26,099 bases of DNA from a virus (IMGVR_UViG_3300031519_000192:1-26099), one strand, 5' to 3'; shown: positions 18,622 to 26,099, numbered from the stretch's first letter. Notes: a model not told the origin generated them from the letters alone. A program made the numbers and translations.

Positions 18622-20430
18622 TTATAATGTTGTTACTCTTCCCTGAATGTCGTTATTCGGGTATTTTACTTCAAATATCATTGGATCTAACGATGGATAA
18701 ACTACATTATTCATTGTTGCTCCTTTTATATCGTAATCGTAAACAGAATAGTTACCGTTTACTTTACTTTCAATTCGTACGTCCTGTACTGTCTGTACTC
18801 CTTTAATTCTATCTAAGAGAGTGTACACTGTGGAAAGATTAATAGGTTGGTTTATAGCCCATTTATCTACGTTAAAGTGATCCTGTATTGCTTGTGTACA
18901 TTTAAGTATTACTTCTCTTGAATTAAAACTAGGTAATGTAATTATATCGAACTTAACTCCTATGTTGATAATAAATGCATCTTTAATAGTACATCCATCA
19001 GTAAGTGATTTAAACTCTGCTATATATTTTTTTAGGTTTGTCTTTAATTCAGGCGTTGCTTGTACTAGGTTTTTATTATTATCGTAAGCTAAAACGTATA
19101 AACATACTCCTAATGGGTTATATGTATTGTCATTAGCTGTTGGTACTTCAATATCTGTTGCTACAGATGTTTTTGCGATTGCTCCGAACTTAGAGGGCAT
19201 TGTCATCGCTCTAAAAGCGTAATCTTGTTTAGTTACTATCCTACCTTGTTCATTAAATGAACGAAGAGAGTTTTGTCTAATCTCATCGATAGTATCTCTA
19301 TCTTTTCCTCCTGCTGCTGGTTCTGGGTTCGTAATAGATAGTGTGTTCTGATATGTAGTATCTGTTGCAGTTAAAGATGATGCAGTAAACCCTGTGATTG
19401 TGTTTGCTCCTATATTAGAATTAATACCGCCACCTTTAATATACCTTACTGTTAATGTGGTATTAGAAGGTGAGTTTCCGTAAGCGCTTGAGAACATAAA
19501 GTTAGAAGGGTCAAAAGCATGATCTGCTCTCCTTATACCTTGGTTAGTTCCTGAACCAACATTAGTAGGGTTAGGTAAAAATGCTGTATCACTGCTAGTG
19601 GACATTCCTGAACCAAATTGAATCTGCAGCTTACCTGTTGAAGTAAATCTAGTTACAAATCTATTAGGTGTTCTTACTGCTGTTAATAGGTATGGAACTT
19701 TGTTTGAATTTGTGCCTGTGTTAATCGCTTCTGTAAATACTGTGTCTTGTCCTAAATATGGAACTTCTGTCCATTTATTACCGTCTCCGTCTGTTATATC
19801 TAATATACCTATTATGCTTTGATCATCTACGCTTAAGGTTAAGAATTTAGATGCTGAGCCAATACTAAAAGATTTAGTTATTATTTCTCCTGAGCTAGCT
19901 TGTGCTATTTTTCTTAACTCATACTCTGTTGGATTACCGCTTGAATCTACACTATATATTGTTGTTAATGTATCATCGTAAGAACTTGAAAAGTTAAAAT
20001 CTACACTAGAATTTAATACAAAATTCTCCGTACCTGCCGTTATAACTGTATTAGCGCCAATCGTTAATGCTTGGTTAAAGTTAGGGAGGTAGGATGTACC
20101 TGCTGTTGTTGCTGCTACTCTCTGTGTAAGTTCTATGTTTACTGTTGATGCTGATGTCAGTTTAGGTTTATATCCCATCATGTATGCCATAGAGTATAAG
20201 TTACTCGGGTCTTTAGCATACTGTAGGAATGTTTCCTGTAGTTGACTATCCTGGTAAAAGGAAAGTATATCTCCAACATAAGCAGACATTTCCATAAACA
20301 TCATTCCTGGTGATGTAGGTGAAAAGTCGTTGTAGGCATCAGGGAAGTAGTTTTTAGCTAGTTCCACTAATTGACCTCTTAGGCTAGAAAAGTTTTTGTC
20401 TGTATATTTAATGTTAATATCTTGAGCCAT
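18622..20430 (-). CDS. Baseplate wedge protein, T4 gp6 / Baseplate-J-like
   Basis: DKNFSSLR..L..YFPD.YNDF..SPGMMFME..AYVGDILSFY.D and PAAGGKDRDTIDEIR....QGRIVTKQDY are typical gp6/J motifs. Coupled to the gp25-like gene (TAATG). Confidence 0.9.
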   Translation of the reverse strand: MAQDINIKYTDKNFSSLRGQLVELAKNYFPDAYNDFSPTSPGMMFMEMSAYVGDILSFYQDSQLQETFLQYAKDPSNLYSMAYMMGYKPKLTSASTVNIELTQRVAATTAGTSYLPNFNQALTIGANTVITAGTENFVLNSSVDFNFSSSYDDTLTTIYSVDSSGNPTEYELRKIAQASSGEIITKSFSIGSASKFLTLSVDDQSIIGILDITDGDGNKWTEVPYLGQDTVFTEAINTGTNSNKVPYLLTAVRTPNRFVTRFTSTGKLQIQFGSGMSTSSDTAFLPNPTNVGSGTNQGIRRADHAFDPSNFMFSSAYGNSPSNTTLTVRYIKGGGINSNIGANTITGFTASSLTATDTTYQNTLSITNPEPAAGGKDRDTIDEIRQNSLRSFNEQGRIVTKQDYAFRAMTMPSKFGAIAKTSVATDIEVPTANDNTYNPLGVCLYVLAYDNNKNLVQATPELKTNLKKYIAEFKSLTDGCTIKDAFIINIGVKFDIITLPSFNSREVILKCTQAIQDHFNVDKWAINQPINLSTVYTLLDRIKGVQTVQDVRIESKVNGNYSVYDYDIKGATMNNVVYPSLDPMIFEVKYPNNDIQGRVTTL

Positions 20431-20840
20431 TATTGTTCAAAATTAATTGTTATCTCATCTTCTACTTGAGTGTCTGTTAGTTTAAAGTTCAATGTAAAAC
20501 TTATCATGTTAGAATCTGGTGCACCTTTCAAGTCTAGCTTTATTATTTCTAATCTTGGAAAGTACTGCTGTAAAGCATCTCTAACTAAAAACTCCAAGTC
20601 CGTTAAAGTGTCTCTATTGATATTACTAAATAGTAGGTTCCTAATACCTGATCCAAATGTTGGATTAAAGTACCTTTCTCCTTTACCTGTTAATATATAG
20701 TTAATAAGGTTAGCTTTTATAGCTTCTTTAGTTTCATAAGTAGAATTAAAGACTGCCTTATTAGAAAATGGCAAAGATACACCTACTGCTTTTCTAGGCT
20801 GTAAGTCTAATACATTTATTTTCTTTGCTTCAAATGCCAT
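20430..20840 (-). CDS. Baseplate wedge protein, T4 gp25 / GPW-like
   Basis: IKANLINYILTGKGERYFNPTFGSGIRNLLF...YFPRL is the gp25 family signature; adjacent to the gp6-like gene. Confidence 0.9.
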   Translation of the reverse strand: MAFEAKKINVLDLQPRKAVGVSLPFSNKAVFNSTYETKEAIKANLINYILTGKGERYFNPTFGSGIRNLLFSNINRDTLTDLEFLVRDALQQYFPRLEIIKLDLKGAPDSNMISFTLNFKLTDTQVEDEITINFEQ

Positions 20841-20847
20841 ATATTAT

Positions 20848-21291
20848 TTATTTAATTGACGGTTTCTTTGCTTCTGCAGCAGATAAAACCTGTCCTGCTT
20901 TTTTTACAAAATCTAGTTGTGATATATCAATACCGGGCATTCTGCCTGATGCAGCTCCCATTTGGTTAGCCATAGTAGATGCCATATTAGTTTTTAATGG
21001 AATACCTCCTTGTGCGTTCGCTGTGGTTCCTGTGAATACATTCTTATATTCTTCGTTTGTCATATTAGCTTTAGTCATTGCTAACATTTCATCTAAAGAT
21101 GATTTTCCCATTTGCGGGTTCATCCTAGTTGGAGTTGCTGGTGTAGCAACTACTTGTTTGTGTTCGCTAGCTACCTTTATACCAGGCGAGCTAGCAGCTC
21201 TAACTGCTTCGTTCATTACGTCTTGTAACTCTTCCTTGACAGCTGATCTGACTTCTTCACGTATAATTTTGCGTAGTTGGTCTAGTTTCAT
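20848..21291 (-). CDS. Hypothetical protein, 147 aa (helical N-terminus MKLDQLRKIIREEV)
   Basis: Fits the minus-strand packing; a TATTTATT motif lies directly upstream. Confidence 0.7.
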   Translation of the reverse strand: MKLDQLRKIIREEVRSAVKEELQDVMNEAVRAASSPGIKVASEHKQVVATPATPTRMNPQMGKSSLDEMLAMTKANMTNEEYKNVFTGTTANAQGGIPLKTNMASTMANQMGAASGRMPGIDISQLDFVKKAGQVLSAAEAKKPSIK

Positions 21292-21294
21292 ATT

Positions 21295-21302
21295 AATAAA
21301 TA
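21295..21302 (-). promoter_or_regulatory. TATTTATT variant of the putative late promoter
   Basis: 7/8 match, 3 nt upstream of ATG 21291 in a 17-nt gap. Confidence 0.4.
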
Positions 21303-21308
21303 GTTAAG

Positions 21309-22130
21309 TTATGGAAGTTGATTGTTAATTCTAAATTTTATTTCGTCTATTAGTACTCTTGTAGATGAACTAAATGATGATTGACCTCTTAATAGGACTG
21401 TACCATTAGCGTTCTGTACTTGAGCATACCTCAGTTTTGCATATTGAGGTGAGTTTTTATCTTCTTGAATAGTTATAGTATATTCCTTATAGTAGAACTT
21501 TCCTGAACCGTCTGTGGAATTAATACTTATTCCGGAATTAGAAGGTAGGTTTTGTATTGATTCCATTATTTCTAATTTCTGGTTAGTAGGTAGTTTATCT
21601 ACACATTCAAATAAATTTATATCTATACTCTTTAATTTCTGTTTTATAGGTTCTAATCCGTCAAAACTTATGTCGGTTAAATCCATTATTGCTTTTTGAT
21701 CTTTAGATAATAAATCAACTATCTGACAAGCAATATTTAGAAGTTGTGAGAACCTATTCATAGCACCTGTAGATAAAGAGAAAATTACACCTCCAGCAGG
21801 GCCGGGTGGTATACCTATAGTTGATGGTAGTGGAAGTTGCTCTAATATAAGAACAGTTGCTTTAGCTGCCATAATAGGAGGATTTAATATCTCTCCAAAT
21901 TTCTTTACAGGTTCTATTTTCTTCTCTAACCCGTTAATCATATTTACTAATGTATCTCGTATTTTAAGGATTCTTTTTATCTCATCTACTGGTGGGCATA
22001 CTTGTCCTAGTAGTTGTTCTATAATTTTATTAATCTCTTCATAAACTTTAGCTATAACAAAAGCTTCTAGTTTAGCTAAATATTGAGCTATAAAGAGTGC
22101 GAGGTTCGATGGAGGTATACTACAGGGCAT
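21309..22130 (-). CDS. Hypothetical protein, 273 aa, coupled to the spike gene
   Basis: TAATG overlap with 22130-23317. Helical, with a hydrophobic Pro/Gly segment LPLPSTIGIPPGPAGGVIF. Confidence 0.7.
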   Translation of the reverse strand: MPCSIPPSNLALFIAQYLAKLEAFVIAKVYEEINKIIEQLLGQVCPPVDEIKRILKIRDTLVNMINGLEKKIEPVKKFGEILNPPIMAAKATVLILEQLPLPSTIGIPPGPAGGVIFSLSTGAMNRFSQLLNIACQIVDLLSKDQKAIMDLTDISFDGLEPIKQKLKSIDINLFECVDKLPTNQKLEIMESIQNLPSNSGISINSTDGSGKFYYKEYTITIQEDKNSPQYAKLRYAQVQNANGTVLLRGQSSFSSSTRVLIDEIKFRINNQLP

Positions 22131-23317
22131 TATTCTACGAAGGTTTTTTTAGATTTTAAAGTACTGCCGCCGCTAGGGTTAAGCTGGTTCTTTAATTGCT
22201 TCAGTACTAATTGTGCTGATGCTCCTCTAAGATTAATGGTTGGTATTGGATCTCCTTTAACTGTTTTTGCTTTTCCTAAAGCTTTTGATATCGAAATTAA
22301 TTGGTCAAGCATATCTCCTAAGAAAGCTTCCATTCTATGTCCCAGTACTACAGGTTGTTTGTTAGCTCCTTTGTTTATTCTTGCTTTAGAGCCTAAGTAT
22401 ATCTTATCAGCATCTACACATAAATAATCTTTTCCGTCGATATTAACTGTGTTTGAGTTAAGACCTATAGAAGTCTTACTTGATAACAATATGTCGCTCT
22501 CTCTAGCATTTAATGTAAGCCTATCACTATTCAATAACAATTGTGATCCTTTATAAGAGCTAGGTAAATCAGGTGATGTCTCATAGCTATCTCTCTTTTC
22601 ATTAGCAAGAGTAAGAGGTATAATGTTATCACTTGTCATATATATAGAAGAAGGGTCTTGATTAATATCTTCAACTATATGTAAGAACCCATCTTCGGTT
22701 TCTTTCTGTCCATTGCTTATAATAATTAACGGCTTATTTACATTAGATTCATCTGTAAAAGTTGATTTAGTAGATAACCCACCTGCAAACCTTATAGATT
22801 GACCTAACCTACCTTCCATTAATACGTCTCCAGGAAATGGTTGCAAAGGTGATATCTTACTATCTAATTCAATACCGGTACCTATATTAACTTCTTCTGG
22901 TTTATCTTCTGTTCTTACTGGGATAGCATTGTGATGAGGGTGGTTCCAAATAGAGTAAGAAGTCGTATAATATACCCTACCTGTACCTGATCCTTCATCT
23001 ACTAATGGATCTGGGCCTTCTGTTAGGAGTATTATTTCATTCTTTAAAGGCAGAAGCCTGTGTGAGGTAGTAAGAGGAAATGCTTGACCTGTATATTCTG
23101 ATTCTCCTTCTTCGGTGGTATCAATATCTTCTTGAGATATAAATCGATAATAAACCATCCCAATACTATTAGGACCGCCGTAGGTATCGTAATCAGGATG
23201 CTCATCGTCCATAATAATATCGATAACTCTAGCGGGTGCTAAAGAAGTATCTCCAGAAGGTTTACTACTGCCTGCTGGTTGTGCTTTTGTTCTAAAGTTA
23301 TAGTCTATAAAACTCAC
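22130..23317 (-). CDS. Baseplate hub/central spike, T4 gp5-like (OB-fold plus beta-helix, no lysozyme domain evident)
   Basis: Motifs ARVIDII..IGMVYY..LPLKNEIILL..VYY, PFPGDVLMEGRLGQSIRF, short beta-repeat strands (SDRLTLNARESDILLSSKTSIGL) and QPVVLG. GTG start overlaps the upstream TAG; located upstream of gp25/gp6. Confidence 0.65.
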   Translation of the reverse strand: MSFIDYNFRTKAQPAGSSKPSGDTSLAPARVIDIIMDDEHPDYDTYGGPNSIGMVYYRFISQEDIDTTEEGESEYTGQAFPLTTSHRLLPLKNEIILLTEGPDPLVDEGSGTGRVYYTTSYSIWNHPHHNAIPVRTEDKPEEVNIGTGIELDSKISPLQPFPGDVLMEGRLGQSIRFAGGLSTKSTFTDESNVNKPLIIISNGQKETEDGFLHIVEDINQDPSSIYMTSDNIIPLTLANEKRDSYETSPDLPSSYKGSQLLLNSDRLTLNARESDILLSSKTSIGLNSNTVNIDGKDYLCVDADKIYLGSKARINKGANKQPVVLGHRMEAFLGDMLDQLISISKALGKAKTVKGDPIPTINLRGASAQLVLKQLKNQLNPSGGSTLKSKKTFVE

Positions 23318-23682
23318 TACTCGTCTTCTGTTTTCTTTTTAGTATCCTCTACCTCTACTTTTACTTCTTCACTTTCAGCTAATAAATCCTGAAGTGAATC
23401 AAAATCAAAGATGTCTCCACCCTCTCCTTTGGCTGCTGCAGATTCTATTCTCTGTATAATTGTAGCTAATTTGATTAAAGCGTCGTCATTTTTAACTCCT
23501 ATCTCCATATACTCTTTAATCATAGGTACAATAAGAGTGGCATCTCCAATGCTTTCTATAAGGGGTTTAAGTTCACCAATAAGTGCTTTAACTTGACCTT
23601 TAGTTTCTTTAGAGTTATCGTATATCTCTCCAAATAAGTCTGAAAGGGATTTACCTTTAAATATTTCTTTACTACTATCCAT
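23317..23682 (-). CDS. Hypothetical acidic helical protein, 121 aa
   Basis: First gene after a TATTTATA motif; AAGGA upstream of the ATG; coupled to the spike gene. Confidence 0.7.
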   Translation of the reverse strand: MDSSKEIFKGKSLSDLFGEIYDNSKETKGQVKALIGELKPLIESIGDATLIVPMIKEYMEIGVKNDDALIKLATIIQRIESAAAKGEGGDIFDFDSLQDLLAESEEVKVEVEDTKKKTEDE

Positions 23683-23697
23683 AATAGTTCCTTTACA

Positions 23698-23705
23698 TAT
23701 AAATA
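23698..23705 (-). promoter_or_regulatory. TATTTATA motif, putative late promoter heading the baseplate operon
   Basis: 15 nt upstream of ATG 23682, just after the stop of the sigma-like gene. Confidence 0.6.
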
Positions 23706-23708
23706 GTT

Positions 23709-24413
23709 TTAAACTAACTTTGTTTTAATAAGTCCCACATTATTATATTTTTCATATAATTCATAGAATTCAACTTTGAGTTTATTAACTACTTTAGTAA
23801 GGTGGGGTGTTTCACAATCAGTCATTTCTCTGATGTATATATAGAGTGCTTTCTTTTTAAATATATCTAGGTCTTGTCTAGTTTTAAAGATGGTAAGTAT
23901 TGCATCTGCTATCTTCCTTTCGTTTTCTTTTGGAAATAGTTCCTCTAATACTTCATATGTATTCTTTACATATATATCAAGGAAAGTTCCAAGTGTAATG
24001 GAACCATCTTCGTTAGGTAAAATAGAGGGGTTATACCCTTCTTGCATCTCATCAAAGGTACCAACCTTCTTTAAGTTTTTATAATTCTTATTATTGTAAT
24101 TAATCAACCAGCGTTTCACTATGGTACCAAAGTAGGAGTATGCTTTTGCTCCGTGATCAGGATCAAACTTCATAATCTTCTCTTCAAGTAGCATAGATAC
24201 TATTTCATGCTTTAAATCTTCTATCTTATCTACGTCTGTATAGTAAAACTTAAAGGTATGTATAATGTTCTCTGCTAGCTTATAGAATGGTAAGTAAATA
24301 TGACCGGTAAAGATCTCATTTCGATATTCATTATCAGTTGATACATTATACTTTTTTATATAGTCTTCTGTTTCGGATGTAAAGTAATTAGCTTTTGCTT
24401 TCTTTCTTGCCAT
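23709..24413 (-). CDS. Phage late-transcription sigma factor, T4 gp55-like
   Basis: NYFT...FYKLAENII..FKFYY..EDLKHE.....KFDPDHGAKAYSYFGTIVKRWLI aligns by eye with the gp55-family region-2 pattern (KIA...NF.NY..EDMI.D.....NFDPEK..NPFAYFTQI). Confidence 0.7.
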   Translation of the reverse strand: MARKKAKANYFTSETEDYIKKYNVSTDNEYRNEIFTGHIYLPFYKLAENIIHTFKFYYTDVDKIEDLKHEIVSMLLEEKIMKFDPDHGAKAYSYFGTIVKRWLINYNNKNYKNLKKVGTFDEMQEGYNPSILPNEDGSITLGTFLDIYVKNTYEVLEELFPKENERKIADAILTIFKTRQDLDIFKKKALYIYIREMTDCETPHLTKVVNKLKVEFYELYEKYNNVGLIKTKLV

Positions 24414-24708
24414 AATTTTCTGGGAGCATGTATTTGTTTAGCTCTTTTTGTACGTTCTGCATTGCAGTAAAGAAAGTTCCGACTTCGTCATCCGATTTAA
24501 ATGTACCTTTTTCATCGAGTTCTTGCAAATGTTTGTTTGAATCTCCAATGATGTCCGATATTCGCTGTAGATATTGTGTTTGATCTACTGTGATGTCTTC
24601 GTATTTCTCTACCTGTATTAATAGGTTTCTAATAATATACGAAAGTATTCCGGAAATAGCAACTAAAATAGTAACTATTATATAAAAGTATGTTGGGTTA
24701 ATGTCCAT
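24388..24708 (-). CDS. Small membrane protein with a single N-terminal transmembrane helix
   Basis: YFYIIVTILVAISGILSYII followed by a charged coiled-coil; overlaps the sigma gene start. Confidence 0.7.
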   Translation of the reverse strand: MDINPTYFYIIVTILVAISGILSYIIRNLLIQVEKYEDITVDQTQYLQRISDIIGDSNKHLQELDEKGTFKSDDEVGTFFTAMQNVQKELNKYMLPENYGKKESKS

Positions 24709-24709
24709 A

Positions 24710-25444
24710 TTATATGTTTTTAAGTAAATTAGTTAATCCTTCTGATGATTTTACTGGTCTTCCTGTAGAGGATTTAACGTTCTGAGGTTTAGAGCTAGTA
24801 TTATTCTGAGTTTTCTTCCATAAATCATATTCTACCTTAGAAGCTAAGAAGTCTCCTGTGTGTAAAACTGAAACCATATTAGTTTTCTGTCTAGAACTCT
24901 CTTGATGACTGAAGAAGTATGCTTCATTAGCCTTATCAAACACTCCATCATGTATTCTAATAGCTATAAACTCCTGCTGGTCACATTGAATACCAAATTT
25001 CTGAAGTATATATAGAGATCTGTCTTGAATTAACATAAAATCAATATCAGGATTATTTTTATACTTTTCAGATAACTTATCTTGTCTCCATTTATCTGTT
25101 TGAGGTAAGTAATTAGGCTGTACACCATCTCCTAGTTTACCTAAGTCATGAAATAAAGCAGCGAATACTAATTGTTCTTCCGAGTAATCGGTTGTTCCAC
25201 CCATTTCCTTATATAAGTTATGCTGTTTTATAGAGTATTGTACAACTCTATTAACATGATCAACGTATCCACCGGCAAAAGCATTGTGAAACCAAGCTTT
25301 ACCACTTGCAGGAGCCATTATATAGATTTCGGATAGGGTTTCTAACATCTTTAGTACTTTATCTTTTCTATCACCGGTAATATAGTGATTGATAATTTTT
25401 AAATGTTTATCCCAATTTTTTTGTATTTGTTCTGCATTTAACAT
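24710..25444 (-). CDS. HD-domain metal-dependent phosphohydrolase (YhaM-like HD domain, no OB fold)
   Basis: APAS..FHNAFAGGYVDHV, ALFHDLGK, AIRIHDG and LHTGD supply the H...HD...H...D ligands. Confidence 0.85.
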   Translation of the reverse strand: MLNAEQIQKNWDKHLKIINHYITGDRKDKVLKMLETLSEIYIMAPASGKAWFHNAFAGGYVDHVNRVVQYSIKQHNLYKEMGGTTDYSEEQLVFAALFHDLGKLGDGVQPNYLPQTDKWRQDKLSEKYKNNPDIDFMLIQDRSLYILQKFGIQCDQQEFIAIRIHDGVFDKANEAYFFSHQESSRQKTNMVSVLHTGDFLASKVEYDLWKKTQNNTSSKPQNVKSSTGRPVKSSEGLTNLLKNI

Positions 25445-25451
25445 AGGTAAC

Positions 25452-25540
25452 CTTTTTATTAATTATTATTATTGATTAAATATTATTTATTTAATTATTA
25501 TTATTTTATTATTTAATTATATTTTTTATTATTATATCTT
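25452..25540. other. Extremely AT-rich low-complexity intergenic tract with (TTA)n-like runs
   Basis: About 85 nt almost free of G/C: ttttattaattattattattgattaaatattatttatttaattattattattttattatttaattatattttttattattatat. Confidence 0.8.
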
Positions 25541-25562
25541 TCTAAAGATTTATATAACATAT

Positions 25563-25593
25563 AGAAGGTATTGAATTCTGGGCAGACTAGCAA
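25563..25593 (-). promoter_or_regulatory. Possible Bacteroidota sigmaA-type promoter upstream of the HD gene
   Basis: Coding strand TTG-N20-TACCTTCT is only a partial match to the -33 TTG / -7 TAnnTTTG consensus. Confidence 0.25.
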
Positions 25594-25598
25594 CTATT

Positions 25599-25979
25599 TT
25601 AGTGAAAAAGATGAAACTTTTCTGAATTTCTCCATTTAGACTGGTTTTTATAGTGAGTATAGTACACTTTTACGTCGGATTGGGCTCTATATTTGGTAAA
25701 AAATACTATTTTATCACTTTTAAACTTAGAATCAACGTAAAACCATTTACCATTCCTGTTGCTAGCTTCGGCTTTATATTTAACTATGTAAACAACCAAG
25801 TCCGCATCACCTCTATACTTAGTTATATAGACTTTAACATCAGCCTCCGATTGATACTCAGTAACGAATATAGTTTGTGCATAAGCATAGGAGGGGAAGA
25901 AAAAGGAGAGGGTAAGGAAAATACCGAAGGCCGCCGCGCGAAACGCGCGAAGTTGCCGCGAAGATTTTATACCTAACAT
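25599..25979 (-). CDS. Secreted protein with ~13-aa ADxxVY repeats, DUF6150-like
   Basis: Signal-peptide-like N-terminus ending SYAYA-Q. Repeats EYQSEADVKVY / KYRGDADLVVY / KSDKIVF / KYRAQSDVKVY resemble Bacteroidota DUF6150 proteins. Confidence 0.65.
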   Translation of the reverse strand: MLGIKSSRQLRAFRAAAFGIFLTLSFFFPSYAYAQTIFVTEYQSEADVKVYITKYRGDADLVVYIVKYKAEASNRNGKWFYVDSKFKSDKIVFFTKYRAQSDVKVYYTHYKNQSKWRNSEKFHLFH

Positions 25980-26098
25980 AATTCAAATTGTTTAGATACC
26001 CATCCGTACTTTTCTATATGATCTACATAGAAGGTATCATCCCCATACATGAAGTGTGCATCGGCTTGATCTAACCACCTAAGAGCGGTCTTCTCATC
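25973..26098 (-). CDS. 3' end of a hypothetical protein entering from beyond the window
   Basis: Open frame ...DEKTALRWLDQADAHFMYGDDTFYVDHIEKYGWVSKQFELC-TAG (25975-25973) overlapping the next ATG, in keeping with the coupled gene style. Confidence 0.5.
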   Translation of the reverse strand, partial: DEKTALRWLDQADAHFMYGDDTFYVDHIEKYGWVSKQFELC

Positions 26099-26099
26099 A

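Noticed and set aside
18622-23317. Bacterial T6SS, tailocin or eCIS locus
   Set aside because: The gp55-like sigma, very large fibres, phage-style gene packing and absence of host housekeeping or T6SS membrane-complex genes favour a large phage.
16460-23319. Stop-codon reassignment (TAG readthrough as in some Bacteroidota phages)
   Set aside because: Genes are long and intact in the standard code, and TAG ends genes at sensible coupled boundaries (16460, 17451, 23317).
24388-24708. Holin call for the single-TM protein
   Set aside because: No endolysin or spanin nearby and no recognisable holin family motif.
6016-25976. Remaining plus-strand ORFs (e.g. 9363-9617, 10249-10557, 13046-13381, 20825-21307, 22083-22427, 25653-25976)
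   Set aside because: They lie opposite well-supported minus-strand genes and show no recognisable motifs.
1-26099. tRNA, rRNA and intrinsic terminators
   Set aside because: No cloverleaf or GC-stem plus U-tract was seen; intergenic gaps are very short or nearly pure A/T.

Overview
Part of a large, AT-rich lytic phage genome with a contractile, distantly T4-like tail. The host is probably Bacteroidota/Flavobacteriia, inferred from BACON, flavobacterial Ig-like and DUF6150-like sequences. All credible genes are on the minus strand and tightly packed. In transcription order (right to left): a partial ORF, a DUF6150-like secreted protein, an AT-rich gap, an HD hydrolase, a small membrane protein, a gp55-like late sigma factor, a hypothetical, a gp5-like spike/hub, two hypotheticals, gp25-like and gp6-like baseplate wedge proteins, a DNRLRE-like protein, a coiled-coil protein, a 1549-aa wedge-like protein ending in Ig-BACON-Hint, several baseplate/fibre-attachment proteins, a collar-domain fibre, and a >1860-aa repetitive fibre (5593 to <1) absent from the ORF track. 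The most notable signals are (i) a virion-wide [S/T]-[G/A/S]-S tripeptide bias that looks like a post-translational modification sequon, (ii) a non-splicing Hint domain after a GGGG linker at the end of a baseplate protein, and (iii) a recurrent TATTTATA upstream motif, the reverse complement of the T4 late promoter, near a gp55-like sigma gene. All family calls are by eye from remembered motifs; no database search was run.
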